Positions 25,349 to 34,141 of a DNA stretch of 64,000 nucleotides are shown in pieces (positions within the stretch are counted from its first letter, which is position 1; each line of letters opens with the position of its first letter). Position numbers and translations under genes: made by a program. The stretch covers positions 605-64,604 of the forward strand of contig CACZZN010000011.1 in NCBI GenBank assembly GCA_902785705.1, in the 5' to 3' direction. The notes under the pieces were generated by a model that was given only the letters and a program-made list of their open reading frames with translations, was not told where the DNA came from and ran no database searches. Source of the DNA: an uncultured Veillonellaceae bacterium (lineage in GTDB: Bacteria; Bacillota; Negativicutes; Selenomonadales; Selenomonadaceae).

Positions 25349-26212
25349 TCAGAAATTGCTTCCCGCGAGCTCCATTCCCTCCAGCCGCGCTTTTCCGTAG
25401 AGCTCCTGCAATGCTTTCGGATGCACCATGACCTCTCTTGCAAAATCTCCCAAATAATCCTCGAAGATCATTTTCTCCCGACAAAGCAGCCATAGATCTT
25501 CATAGCTTTTCTCCGCTTCCACCCCGTACTCGATGCGATGCAGCAGCCGCGAAAGCCTTTTCCGCGTCGCAAAGTCGAACATGCCTTTCAGGGATGCCAC
25601 CTCTGCCGTGGAACGGCCTGCCTTCAGCATCCACTTTTCCGTCCGCAAATCGTCGCTGAAATTCTCAAAGCCCATCTCTACCCATTCCCTGACTCCATCT
25701 CCCGCATCCTGCTTCAGCGGCGCAAAGGAAATCTCCTTGAAGATCGCGTCATTCAGAAGCGGAACGATTTCCGACTTCGCATAGAACCTGCGCTGACGCT
25801 CCGGATAACAGCCCTGTCGAAGTCCCTCCAGCACGCGCCAGTAACGTATATTGAAGAACTCCGTCACCAGGCTGCCCGTATCCTTCAGCAGCCGCCCCAG
25901 CTGCGTCAAAAGCTCATAGGGCTCCAGCGCATCCGTAAGGCACGGCTCCGCGAGCATAAGGTCGAAAGCTCCCTTTTCATAAGGAAGCCTTTCCTTCCGA
26001 AAATCCAAAAAAGTCCATTTCACGGGCAGGGCGCGATAGGATGCCAATTCCAATACCTCTTCATAAATCGTCACCACAGAAATCTCCGCATTCGGCAGCA
26101 TACGGCAAAGCTCTCTCAAGTAAAACAGGCTTTCCACCACCAGCACCTTCCATGGGGCAGGCCCCGGCGCGATCAGCTGAAGCAGCCCTTCCCGACCTTC
26201 AATTTCCCGCAT
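25349..26212 (-). CDS. Hypothetical protein translationally coupled to the GT41/TPR gene
   Basis: Start taken at MREIEG (26212), overlapping the upstream stop. The longer ORF-track N-terminus would overlap the upstream gene. No family recognised. Confidence 0.5.
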   Translation of the reverse strand: MREIEGREGLLQLIAPGPAPWKVLVVESLFYLRELCRMLPNAEISVVTIYEEVLELASYRALPVKWTFLDFRKERLPYEKGAFDLMLAEPCLTDALEPYELLTQLGRLLKDTGSLVTEFFNIRYWRVLEGLRQGCYPERQRRFYAKSEIVPLLNDAIFKEISFAPLKQDAGDGVREWVEMGFENFSDDLRTEKWMLKAGRSTAEVASLKGMFDFATRKRLSRLLHRIEYGVEAEKSYEDLWLLCREKMIFEDYLGDFAREVMVHPKALQELYGKARLEGMELAGSNF

Positions 26213-27671
26213 ACTGCTCCTTCTCCCTCCAAAGCCGCAGATATTCCCGTTCCAGCTCCCGCATCCATCCCTTGGCATCCAGCAGGCGTGACTCCTCCAG
26301 CCGCCTGCGCAAGGAGCCTTGCAAATCTTCCAAGTCACGCATCTTTGCGGCAAGGCTGCATACTCTGTAAACATAGTCCTGCCGGGACTCCGCGATCAGC
26401 TGCGGCATCCCCGCTGCCGTCAGAAGGCTCATGCCGAATCTGCTTCCGTGCCGGTCCCCTGCCATCGTCACGACGGGAACCCCCATGTAAAGCGCTGTCG
26501 CGGTCATAGCACCCCCCGGATAGGGCCAGGGATCGAGCATGATATCGATTTCCCGGTATTCCTCCAGATAATCGTCAGAACCAAGCCGAAGCTCCACCCG
26601 CTCCATCGGAACCCCCAGCGCTTCCATGCGCTCCGACAGGCACTCCAGCCGCAGGGGAATGCGCGTTGTATCCTGCAGGATGAGCCTTGCTTCAGGCATA
26701 GCTCGCAAAATCTCCCCAAAGCAGCCAAGTACCTCCCGATTGAGTTTCATGAAGTTATTGAAGCAGCCCAGTGTCAGAGGTTTTCCCTTTTCCCTCGGCA
26801 AACGCTCCACCTTTCGCATCGCGTCGGAAGGGACAAAGGCAAATGCAGAGGAAAGCCGCAGCAGCCCTTCGGCGAAATCCCGCTCTGCCCCGGCGGGAGC
26901 CAGGATCCCATCCGTCAGAAAGGCATCGATCTCCGAAAGCCCTGTCGTATCAAAATATCCGATGCCGGAAAGCTGCACAGGCGCGGCGCAGCAGTTCATG
27001 ACAGGAAGCGTCGCTCCCCCTGCACTGTGCCCGCCGAGGTCGAACAGGATATCGATTTCGTCCTGCCGAATGAATTCTGCGACTTCCCCTGCGGAAATCT
27101 CCGGCACCTCCCGATAGGCTGTCACAGCCTCCCGCACGCGTTCCGTGAACGCGTCCGAGCGCCCGGACAGGCTGTAGCAGAACACCTCGAATGCCGACCT
27201 GTCCCAAAGCGTCAACATGGGCTCATAGAAGCGCGCTGCTGCCTGCTCCAGAACATCGGGCGCCAGATAGCCGACACGGAGCTTCCGATGCCGCCTCGGC
27301 CCGCAAGGCGGCAACGGCTCCGCATCACGATAGAGCGAATGGTACACCAAATGCTGCTCCATCAGAACCTCATGGGAAATCTCCGGCAGATAGTGCAGGA
27401 TAAAAAGATAATTGGAAAAATGCTCCCGCTGGCTCCGAAGGTAGCGATCGCTTTGCGCCGCGCGGAAATAGGCCTGTGCCGCGCCCTCCGCGTCCGCCAT
27501 GTCATGGAAGCATGCCCCGATCAGCTCATGCACGCGCCAGCTTTCCCTTGCCAAAAACTCCTGATCTGCCCCGTGCAGCAGCTCCTTCAGAGACTCGAAC
27601 GCCTCCCGCGCCCTTCCCCGCAGGAGCATCTGCCTCGCTGCCCGCAGCGCCGTCTCATCCTCTCCCCGCAT
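26199..27671 (-). CDS. TPR plus GT41 (SPINDLY/O-GlcNAc-transferase-like) glycosyltransferase
   Basis: 490 aa. N-terminal TPR-like helices. The C-terminal blocks RVGYLAPD, IRQDEIDILFDLGGHS, SGIGYFDTTGL and DPWPYPGG are shared with the paralog at 61798-63366. Confidence 0.6.
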   Translation of the reverse strand: MRGEDETALRAARQMLLRGRAREAFESLKELLHGADQEFLARESWRVHELIGACFHDMADAEGAAQAYFRAAQSDRYLRSQREHFSNYLFILHYLPEISHEVLMEQHLVYHSLYRDAEPLPPCGPRRHRKLRVGYLAPDVLEQAAARFYEPMLTLWDRSAFEVFCYSLSGRSDAFTERVREAVTAYREVPEISAGEVAEFIRQDEIDILFDLGGHSAGGATLPVMNCCAAPVQLSGIGYFDTTGLSEIDAFLTDGILAPAGAERDFAEGLLRLSSAFAFVPSDAMRKVERLPREKGKPLTLGCFNNFMKLNREVLGCFGEILRAMPEARLILQDTTRIPLRLECLSERMEALGVPMERVELRLGSDDYLEEYREIDIMLDPWPYPGGAMTATALYMGVPVVTMAGDRHGSRFGMSLLTAAGMPQLIAESRQDYVYRVCSLAAKMRDLEDLQGSLRRRLEESRLLDAKGWMRELEREYLRLWREKEQYAGN

Positions 27672-27672
27672 C

Positions 27673-28824
27673 TCAGACCGCCTTGCCCTTCAGCGTGAAC
27701 AGAGCGATTTCCGGCGGGCAGCCAAAGCGGTAGGGGAACCAGCTCCCGTTTCCCACATGCACATACCCGTAGCAGCCGTCTTTTTGCACCATGCCTCTGG
27801 TATATTTGAAGATTGGAAAAAGGGGCACGCCAAAAATCCCGAACTGGCTGCCGTGGGTGTGCCCGGTCAGCGTCAGGGGTATCCCGTATTCCCGCGCGTC
27901 GTCGATGAATTCCGGATGATGCGCCAGAAGCACGCAGACAGCATCCTCGGGCACTGCCTGCATCGCCGTCTTCAGGTACGCTGCCTTTTCCTGCTGAAAA
28001 ACCTCCTCCTGACGGTGCATCGGATAATCCGCGCCCACGATATACAGCTTCTGCCCGTCCACGACAGGCTCCGCCGCATTGACCAGCACATGCAGCCTTG
28101 TCTCGCGGAGCATTTCCTCGATCGGCCCAATGCCCCGACGATGCTCATGATTGCCATGACAGTACCAGATTCCCCGCGGAAAGGCATCCACAAAGCGATC
28201 CACCAGACGGATCGCTTCGGGATTCATTTTCACATGGTCAAAGATGTCCCCCGTGATGACCAGCGCATCCGGCTTCAGTTCTGCCGCTTGCCGCAAAAGC
28301 GCCTGCAGCATCTCCAAAGAATAGAACATGCCTATATGCACATCGCTGATCTGCGCAAGCGTGAAGCCCGACAAATTTCCCGGCACTCCCGCAGGTATCT
28401 CATAGCGGTTCACCACCGTCTGGTTCCTCTCCCAGAGATTCCCGTAGAGCCCCATGCCAAAGGCAGCCGCCGGATAGACAGCCGCATGCTGCAAGAGTTT
28501 CCGTCTGCCTCCGTCAAAGGGAACATCCTCAACGACCAGTTTCCTCGCGCGCCGCAAAAGCAATGCCAGACCAACCAGCACGCAAAAGATGAACTGAACG
28601 ACAATCAGGACGGCAAAAAACATGACGACCTCAACCGCAAAGGAGATATCCCGCAGGTATTTCGGCCCAATGAAAATAGCCGCAATCATCCCCCCGTCAA
28701 AAAGGAGCAGCAGTCCGCGCACCAGCCGCAAGACTTTGCCCTCCGCGACGAAGCCTGTCAGCCAATAGCTCATTCCCAAAGCCAGAGCGATCAGCAATGC
28801 GGTCAAAACAAAAAACAAAAACAT
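27673..28824 (-). CDS. Membrane-anchored metallophosphoesterase
   Basis: Start ATG 28824 after AAGGTGGGAG. N-terminal TM helices. Motifs DVHIG, GDIFDH, GNHEH and GHTHG. Confidence 0.8.
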   Translation of the reverse strand: MFLFFVLTALLIALALGMSYWLTGFVAEGKVLRLVRGLLLLFDGGMIAAIFIGPKYLRDISFAVEVVMFFAVLIVVQFIFCVLVGLALLLRRARKLVVEDVPFDGGRRKLLQHAAVYPAAAFGMGLYGNLWERNQTVVNRYEIPAGVPGNLSGFTLAQISDVHIGMFYSLEMLQALLRQAAELKPDALVITGDIFDHVKMNPEAIRLVDRFVDAFPRGIWYCHGNHEHRRGIGPIEEMLRETRLHVLVNAAEPVVDGQKLYIVGADYPMHRQEEVFQQEKAAYLKTAMQAVPEDAVCVLLAHHPEFIDDAREYGIPLTLTGHTHGSQFGIFGVPLFPIFKYTRGMVQKDGCYGYVHVGNGSWFPYRFGCPPEIALFTLKGKAV

Positions 28825-28979
28825 GACTCCCACCTTCAAAACTGTAGCATGATACTCGCATTGTAGCAGATTCCGCGCGAAAGAGCAATGAACGATTGAA
28901 CAATCATTCATCTCAAAATTTTTAGAAGTTTCCTCACAAAACCCTTGCAAAAATTTGACGCCTATGCTATACTATGAGC

Positions 28980-29429
28980 ATAAGGAAGGGAAGACTAGCA
29001 AACCATCCGGAAACGGAGTCCTAGAGGGCAAAGGGAACGGAAAGGTGCGGTCGTGCCGAAACAGGCTCTCTTCGGTAGTATCAGGAAAGGATGTGAAGCC
29101 TATTGAGTTTTGTATCTTTGGTTTCCATGTTCCGGTCTGACTAGCAAGTGCAGCGTATGAAGAGAAAATAATTCCACGGAGACGGAGCAGGACGTAATGC
29201 AGTCGGGTGGCTGCAGCGTACCTTGTCATGTGGCGTAGAGGAGCACAGCGTTAGAAATCCGGAAGAGCGTTCTCTGGTCTACAACAATTGTTTGGCTGAG
29301 CAATGGAATACACAGCGTGCTTTCGCGAGGCATGCAGGGGAAAACAAAAAAGAGAATAGGGGTTTTTCAATTTATGGTATCCAAGAAATAGAACCGGCGT
29401 GCAGGTATGCAGGCCGGTTCTATGTTTTT
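28980..29429 (+). ncRNA. Unassigned ~450-nt promoter-to-terminator non-coding transcript candidate
   Basis: Promoter TTGCAA (28945-28950)-17-TATACT (28968-28973). Intrinsic terminator GAACCGGC...GCCGGTTC plus TATGTTTTT (29391-29429). No credible ORF. Several local hairpins, including a CCG-GAAA-CGG tetraloop. Confidence 0.4.
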
Positions 29430-29473
29430 GTGCTTCAGCCTCGGTAACCGAAGCGATTTTTCTGCATAATTCC

Positions 29474-30139
29474 TCAATGATCCTCATAGGGACGCACACG
29501 CAGGGCAAGTCCCCTACTCTCGCAGATGTTTCGGCACTTCTCGATTTCCTCCGGAGGATTCACATGATCCACGATGGTCAATACCACATGCGGCACATAC
29601 TTTTTACTGTGCTCAGCAAAACGCAGCATTCCCTCATAGGATGCCATGCCGTATTTCGCCCGGGTCAGCGCAAGATATTTTTCCGCGCTCGAAGCATTGA
29701 GGCTGATGGAAATGGTATCCAGAATTCCCTCGAAATCCGCCGATATCTCGCGCCCATAGGCCAGTTCGCCCAGACCGTTCGTATTGAGCCGCGTCGGATG
29801 CCCCGGATAATCCGCCTTCACGTGGCGCAAAAGCTCCGTCAGCACATCCAGCCTCGATGTCGGCTCCCCGAAGCCGCAGAACACCACCTCGGCAATGAAC
29901 TCCCAAGGCACCTCCGACAGTTCCCGCTTGACCTCTGCCGCAGTCGGTTCCCGCTTGAGCCAGAGGGACGATTCCTCCGCCATTTTTTTCATCTGCCGCA
30001 GGCAAAAGGTACATGCGCAGTCACAGCGATTCGTGAGATTGATATAGAGATTCCGTTTTCCCTCCGGCTGGATCCGAAGGCTTTCCTGTATCGGAAGATA
30101 CTTCCCGCCCTTGTGGGTCGCATAGACGATCATTGGCAT
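29474..30139 (-). CDS. Small radical SAM protein (TatD-associated type?)
   Basis: 221 aa. CDCACTFC cluster motif (Cx3Cx2C) and FCGFGEP. Confidence 0.6.
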   Translation of the reverse strand: MPMIVYATHKGGKYLPIQESLRIQPEGKRNLYINLTNRCDCACTFCLRQMKKMAEESSLWLKREPTAAEVKRELSEVPWEFIAEVVFCGFGEPTSRLDVLTELLRHVKADYPGHPTRLNTNGLGELAYGREISADFEGILDTISISLNASSAEKYLALTRAKYGMASYEGMLRFAEHSKKYVPHVVLTIVDHVNPPEEIEKCRNICESRGLALRVRPYEDH

Positions 30140-30154
30140 TCTCCTGTACTCACA

Positions 30155-30985
30155 CTATTCCAACTCTGTCAAATATTCCTCAAACGGCAGCCCGTAATTC
30201 CAAGGAAGATCCAATTCTTCCGCATAGGAAAGCGCCTTGCTGATAAAATCCGCCGCCTTTTTGACCGCATCCCGCAGGCTTTCCCCGTTCAAAAGACTTG
30301 CCGCCACGATGGCCGCGAAGGCATCTCCCGTGCCGGAACGGTCTCCCCCGATCTTGGCTGCTTCCAGCACTTGTACGGGACATCCGCGTTCATAGATAAA
30401 ATTCTGCACGGAATTCCCGCGATGAAGGCCGGTAATGACCACTTGCGAGGGTCCCCGTTCCGAAAGCCGCTCCGCCATTTCCTTCAATTCACCGTCGGAT
30501 GCCTGTCCCTCTTCGGGGTATGCCATATCCAGAAGCTCACAGGCCTCGGTGAGATTCGGCGTCACCAGATCCGCATAAACCAGCATATCCCGCATCCTCA
30601 CGCACATTTCCTTCGTATAGGAGGAATAAAGCCTCCCATGATCCCCCATCACGGGATCCATCATAACGACCGTGTCCTGCCCCCGGAACTGCCGGATAAA
30701 ATCAATCACGATATCGATCTGCTCCACGGAGCCAAGGAAGCCTGTCGCAATGCCATCGAAAGCAATTCCGTTTTCCTTCCAGTTCGCCATGTAGGGGCGC
30801 ATGCGATCCGTATAGTCATCGATGTAATGGGACGGAAACCCCGTATGCACGGAAAGAAGCGCCGTCGGCAGCGGACACGCCTGCACCTTCAGCGCTGAGA
30901 TAAGCGGCAGCTCCACCGTCATGGAGCATCGGCCAAACCCCGTGATATCATTGATCAAAGCAATTCGTTTCTGTCGTTTCTTCAA
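30155..30985 (-). CDS. pdxK: Pyridoxal/pyridoxamine kinase (ribokinase fold)
   Basis: 276 aa. IALINDITGFGRCS, DPVMGD, and a GTGDAFAA anion-hole motif near the C-terminus. Confidence 0.8.
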   Translation of the reverse strand: MKKRQKRIALINDITGFGRCSMTVELPLISALKVQACPLPTALLSVHTGFPSHYIDDYTDRMRPYMANWKENGIAFDGIATGFLGSVEQIDIVIDFIRQFRGQDTVVMMDPVMGDHGRLYSSYTKEMCVRMRDMLVYADLVTPNLTEACELLDMAYPEEGQASDGELKEMAERLSERGPSQVVITGLHRGNSVQNFIYERGCPVQVLEAAKIGGDRSGTGDAFAAIVAASLLNGESLRDAVKKAADFISKALSYAEELDLPWNYGLPFEEYLTELE

Positions 30986-30999
30986 AATGCATTCCTCGA

Positions 31000-31494
31000 C
31001 TATCTATTATCGACCTTATCCATGCCTGCCATATCATGCTCCGCGAATCGTTTCCATGCCAATTCCTCGAACTTCGTGCCGGGCTTTCCGTAATTCGTGA
31101 ACGGATCAATGGAAATACCGCCCCTGGGCAGAAACTTCCCCCACACCTCGATATAGCGCGGTTCCATGAGCCGGATCAAATCCTTCATGATGATATTCAC
31201 CACGTCTTCGTGGAAGTCCCCATGATTGCGAAAGCTTACGAGGTAGAGCTTCAAGGATTTGCTCTCCACCATTTTCCTGTCCGGCACATAGGAAATATAG
31301 ATTGTCGCAAAATCCGGCTGCCCCGTAATCGGGCAGAGCGCCGTGAACTCCGGGCAGTTGAACTTCACCCAGTAGTCGCGGTCCGGATGCCGATTCTCAA
31401 AGGTCTCCAAAAGCTCGGGCGCATAGTCATACGCATAGGGAACATGTTTCTCCCCCAAAAGCGTGATTTTTTCTTGCTGCTTCTCACGAGGCAT
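31000..31494 (-). CDS. queF: NADPH-dependent 7-cyano-7-deazaguanine reductase QueF (type I)
   Basis: Start ATG 31494 after [31 protein letters not shown] and ESKSLKLYL motifs. Confidence 0.9.
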   Translation of the reverse strand: MPREKQQEKITLLGEKHVPYAYDYAPELLETFENRHPDRDYWVKFNCPEFTALCPITGQPDFATIYISYVPDRKMVESKSLKLYLVSFRNHGDFHEDVVNIIMKDLIRLMEPRYIEVWGKFLPRGGISIDPFTNYGKPGTKFEELAWKRFAEHDMAGMDKVDNR

Positions 31495-31543
31495 AACGCA
31501 TCCTCCAAACCTCAATTTAGAAACTGTAAAAAAACAACTTATT

Positions 31544-33235
31544 TCATGCCTGCAGAAATTTCAATTCAAAATTCTCGATGGACTCGGGGTGCCCGAACAG
31601 ATAGCCCTGTATCGTATCCGCCTCGCATTCCTGCGTCAGCACCCGGTACTCCTCCTCCGCCTCCACACCTTCGATGCAGGTGCGGATGCCGATGCTGTGA
31701 CAAAGATCCACCGTGTACTTCACCAGACGGCGGTCAAAATCATTGTCCAAAATTTTCTTCACGAATTCCCTGTCGATCTTCACGATATCACAGGACAGAT
31801 TCTTCAGGGAGGACAAGGAGGAATACCCCGTGCCAAAATCGTCCATCGCAATGGCAATGCCCTGATCGCGGAAGGAATCGAACTGGCGGTTCACAAAATT
31901 CCAGTCCGCAACGATCTTGCTTTCGGTCAGTTCCAGAACGATAGCCTCCGGCTCGATTTCATACCGCTGAATGCATGCATTCACAAATTCCTTGAAGGAC
32001 GAGTCCTTCACCTGCTCATAGGACATATTGATGCTCACGCGAAAATCGGGCACTATCTTGCGCCACTTCTTGCAAACACGCACAGCCTCCTCGAAAATCC
32101 ACTTTCCCACAGGAAGGATGAGCTTGGTTTCCTCCAAAATCGGGACGAACTCCATGGGCGAAACCATCCTGCCCTTCGGATTCTTCCAGCGCAGCAGAGC
32201 CTCCGCCCCGATCAGCCTCTGATCCCTTGCGTTGACCTGGGGCTGGAAAAAGAGACTGAAACCTTCGCAGCCGCTCTCCACGCTCGCCCAAAGGCTGTCC
32301 CGCATGGAAATCGAACGCACCCAGCGATTGTACTGTTCCTTGCTGAAAATCACATTGCGGTTCTTTCCCTCACGCTTCGCAAGGTCCATTGCCGCTTCCG
32401 CGTGCTTATGCAGCACCAGATAATCCTTGCCCCCCTGCGGATAGAATACCGTCCCCGCAGATGCCGTACAAAAATAGGTATGCCCATCGATTTCCTTGGG
32501 ATGCGACAACCCCTTCTGGATGCTGGCAAAAAGGTCCTGCACTTCCTCTTCGCCTGCCTGGGGATAAATAATCGCAAACTCATCTCCGTCCAGCTTGAAC
32601 AGCGTCAGCATCGGAGGCAGCAAATTCGTCACCAGATTGGATACATGCTTGAGCACCTGATCGCCCATGACACGGTTATAGGTCTCATTCACGATCTTGA
32701 AATTATCCAGCCCAAAGATGAGGATTGCTCCGCCAACACCTGTCGCGCGATACTCTGCCAATGCCATCTTGACGCTGTGCTCGAACTGGTATTTGTTCAG
32801 CAGGCCGGTGACTTCGTCCGCCTGATTGCGCTGGGCCATGCGCGTCATCATGCAGACCAGGAGGCCCGGCTTCCGGTCACGGTCAAGCCCGACACGCATG
32901 CGGCTCATGAGCCAGAGATACTCCCCTTTCCGGCTCTTCACGCGATATTCCATCGCATTCTCATAGGCCGTCTGCGATTCCATGACATCGCGCATCATGG
33001 CCAGATATTGGCCTCGCTCCTCCTGATGCACCAGCGATGACCAGCCTGTGGCAAAATCCTGCACAATCTCTCCGGGCATCTCAAAATCCTGCACCAGATT
33101 CGCCGAGAGCATCGCCGTATCCGACTCGAGATCAATGACCGCCATGTAGGCATCCGTTGTCCGCTTGACCAAGTCAAAGAAAAATTTATGCCGCCGCAAT
33201 GTCTGGCTCAGGGAAACACGACCCATCTTTTTCAT
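31544..33235 (-). CDS. PAS-GGDEF-EAL signalling protein
   Basis: 563 aa. KLDGDEFAI (degenerate GGDEF-type site) and an EAL-domain region ([26 protein letters not shown]). Confidence 0.85.
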   Translation of the reverse strand: MKKMGRVSLSQTLRRHKFFFDLVKRTTDAYMAVIDLESDTAMLSANLVQDFEMPGEIVQDFATGWSSLVHQEERGQYLAMMRDVMESQTAYENAMEYRVKSRKGEYLWLMSRMRVGLDRDRKPGLLVCMMTRMAQRNQADEVTGLLNKYQFEHSVKMALAEYRATGVGGAILIFGLDNFKIVNETYNRVMGDQVLKHVSNLVTNLLPPMLTLFKLDGDEFAIIYPQAGEEEVQDLFASIQKGLSHPKEIDGHTYFCTASAGTVFYPQGGKDYLVLHKHAEAAMDLAKREGKNRNVIFSKEQYNRWVRSISMRDSLWASVESGCEGFSLFFQPQVNARDQRLIGAEALLRWKNPKGRMVSPMEFVPILEETKLILPVGKWIFEEAVRVCKKWRKIVPDFRVSINMSYEQVKDSSFKEFVNACIQRYEIEPEAIVLELTESKIVADWNFVNRQFDSFRDQGIAIAMDDFGTGYSSLSSLKNLSCDIVKIDREFVKKILDNDFDRRLVKYTVDLCHSIGIRTCIEGVEAEEEYRVLTQECEADTIQGYLFGHPESIENFELKFLQA

Positions 33236-33323
33236 GCGCTTACCATCCTTGCTCTGTAATCGTCTCCCCCTATCATACCGAAAATATCAGCTTTTTTCAA
33301 GTATTCCGCCATATCCATAGTCT

Positions 33324-33359
33324 CAAAAAAATGCCCATTTCCCGAAGGAAATGGGCATT
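33324..33359 (-). terminator. Intrinsic terminator after sdhB/frdB
   Basis: - strand AATGCCCATTTCC-TTCG-GGAAATGGGCATT followed by a U-run. Confidence 0.85.
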
Positions 33360-33371
33360 GAAGCAACCAAA

Positions 33372-34121
33372 TCAATTGTTGAAGATATTCCGCAGCGCTT
33401 GCTTGTTCACATCGCGATTGAGCTGTGCGAGATAAGTCGTGAGCTTGATGTTCTTCGGACAGACCTCTACGCAGTTCTGGCTGTTGCCGCAGCTGGTGAT
33501 GCCGCCCTTCTCCATCAACGCATTGAGACGCTTCGGCGCATCGAATTTGCCCAGCGGATGCAGATTGAAGAGATACGCCTGCACCGTCGGAGCAGGTCCG
33601 ATGAAGTCGGACTGCGGTCCCACATTCGGGCACGCCTCAAGGCAGCAGCCGCAGGTCATGCAGTGGGATATCTCATAGGCCGTCTGCGCCGTATACGGAT
33701 TCTGGATCGGCGCATCCTTGACATCCCAGGAACCATCCAGCTCCACCCAGCCCTGGATGCGCTTCAGGCTCTCGAACATCACGGAACGGTCGATCAGGAG
33801 ATCGCGGATGACCGGGAATGTGCGTGCCGGCTGCAGATGAATCGGCTGCTTAATCTCATCGACCAGTGCGCAGCAGGCCTGACGGGCCATACCGTTGATG
33901 ACCATCATGCACGCGCCGCAGACTTTCTCCAGACAGTTGCACTCCCAAACCACAGGAGCCACACGCTTGCCATCGACTGTCACAGGGTTCTTCTGTATCT
34001 CCATGAGCGCCGCGACCACATTGAGTCCCGGACGATAGTCCACATCGAATTCCTGAGTATAGGGCTTCTCGTTCGGGCCGTCCTGGCGCTCGATAATAAA
34101 TCTAACTTTCTTCTCTGCCAT
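33372..34121 (-). CDS. sdhB: Succinate dehydrogenase/fumarate reductase iron-sulfur subunit
   Basis: 249 aa. Cys clusters CNCLEKVCGAC, CMTCGCCLEACP and CGNSQNCVEVCP. Confidence 0.9.
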   Translation of the reverse strand: MAEKKVRFIIERQDGPNEKPYTQEFDVDYRPGLNVVAALMEIQKNPVTVDGKRVAPVVWECNCLEKVCGACMMVINGMARQACCALVDEIKQPIHLQPARTFPVIRDLLIDRSVMFESLKRIQGWVELDGSWDVKDAPIQNPYTAQTAYEISHCMTCGCCLEACPNVGPQSDFIGPAPTVQAYLFNLHPLGKFDAPKRLNALMEKGGITSCGNSQNCVEVCPKNIKLTTYLAQLNRDVNKQALRNIFNN

Positions 34122-34141
34122 TTCTCATGATCCTCCTTTAT

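Noticed and set aside
28980-29429. Tried to call this region RNase P RNA, tmRNA, a cobalamin, lysine, TPP or c-di-GMP riboswitch, or a T-box
   Set aside because: The universal GGAAAGUCC / P4 pairing, tmRNA termini and tag, the B12 box, the T-box GGGUGGUACCGCG and the other cores are all absent. No downstream + strand gene exists for a cis-regulator. I left it unassigned and listed it as a finding.
31495-31543. Looked for a preQ1 riboswitch upstream of queF
   Set aside because: Only ~50 nt separate queF from the upstream stop, and the sequence lacks the AGAGGUUC...CCCUC...AAAAAACUAAGGA core.
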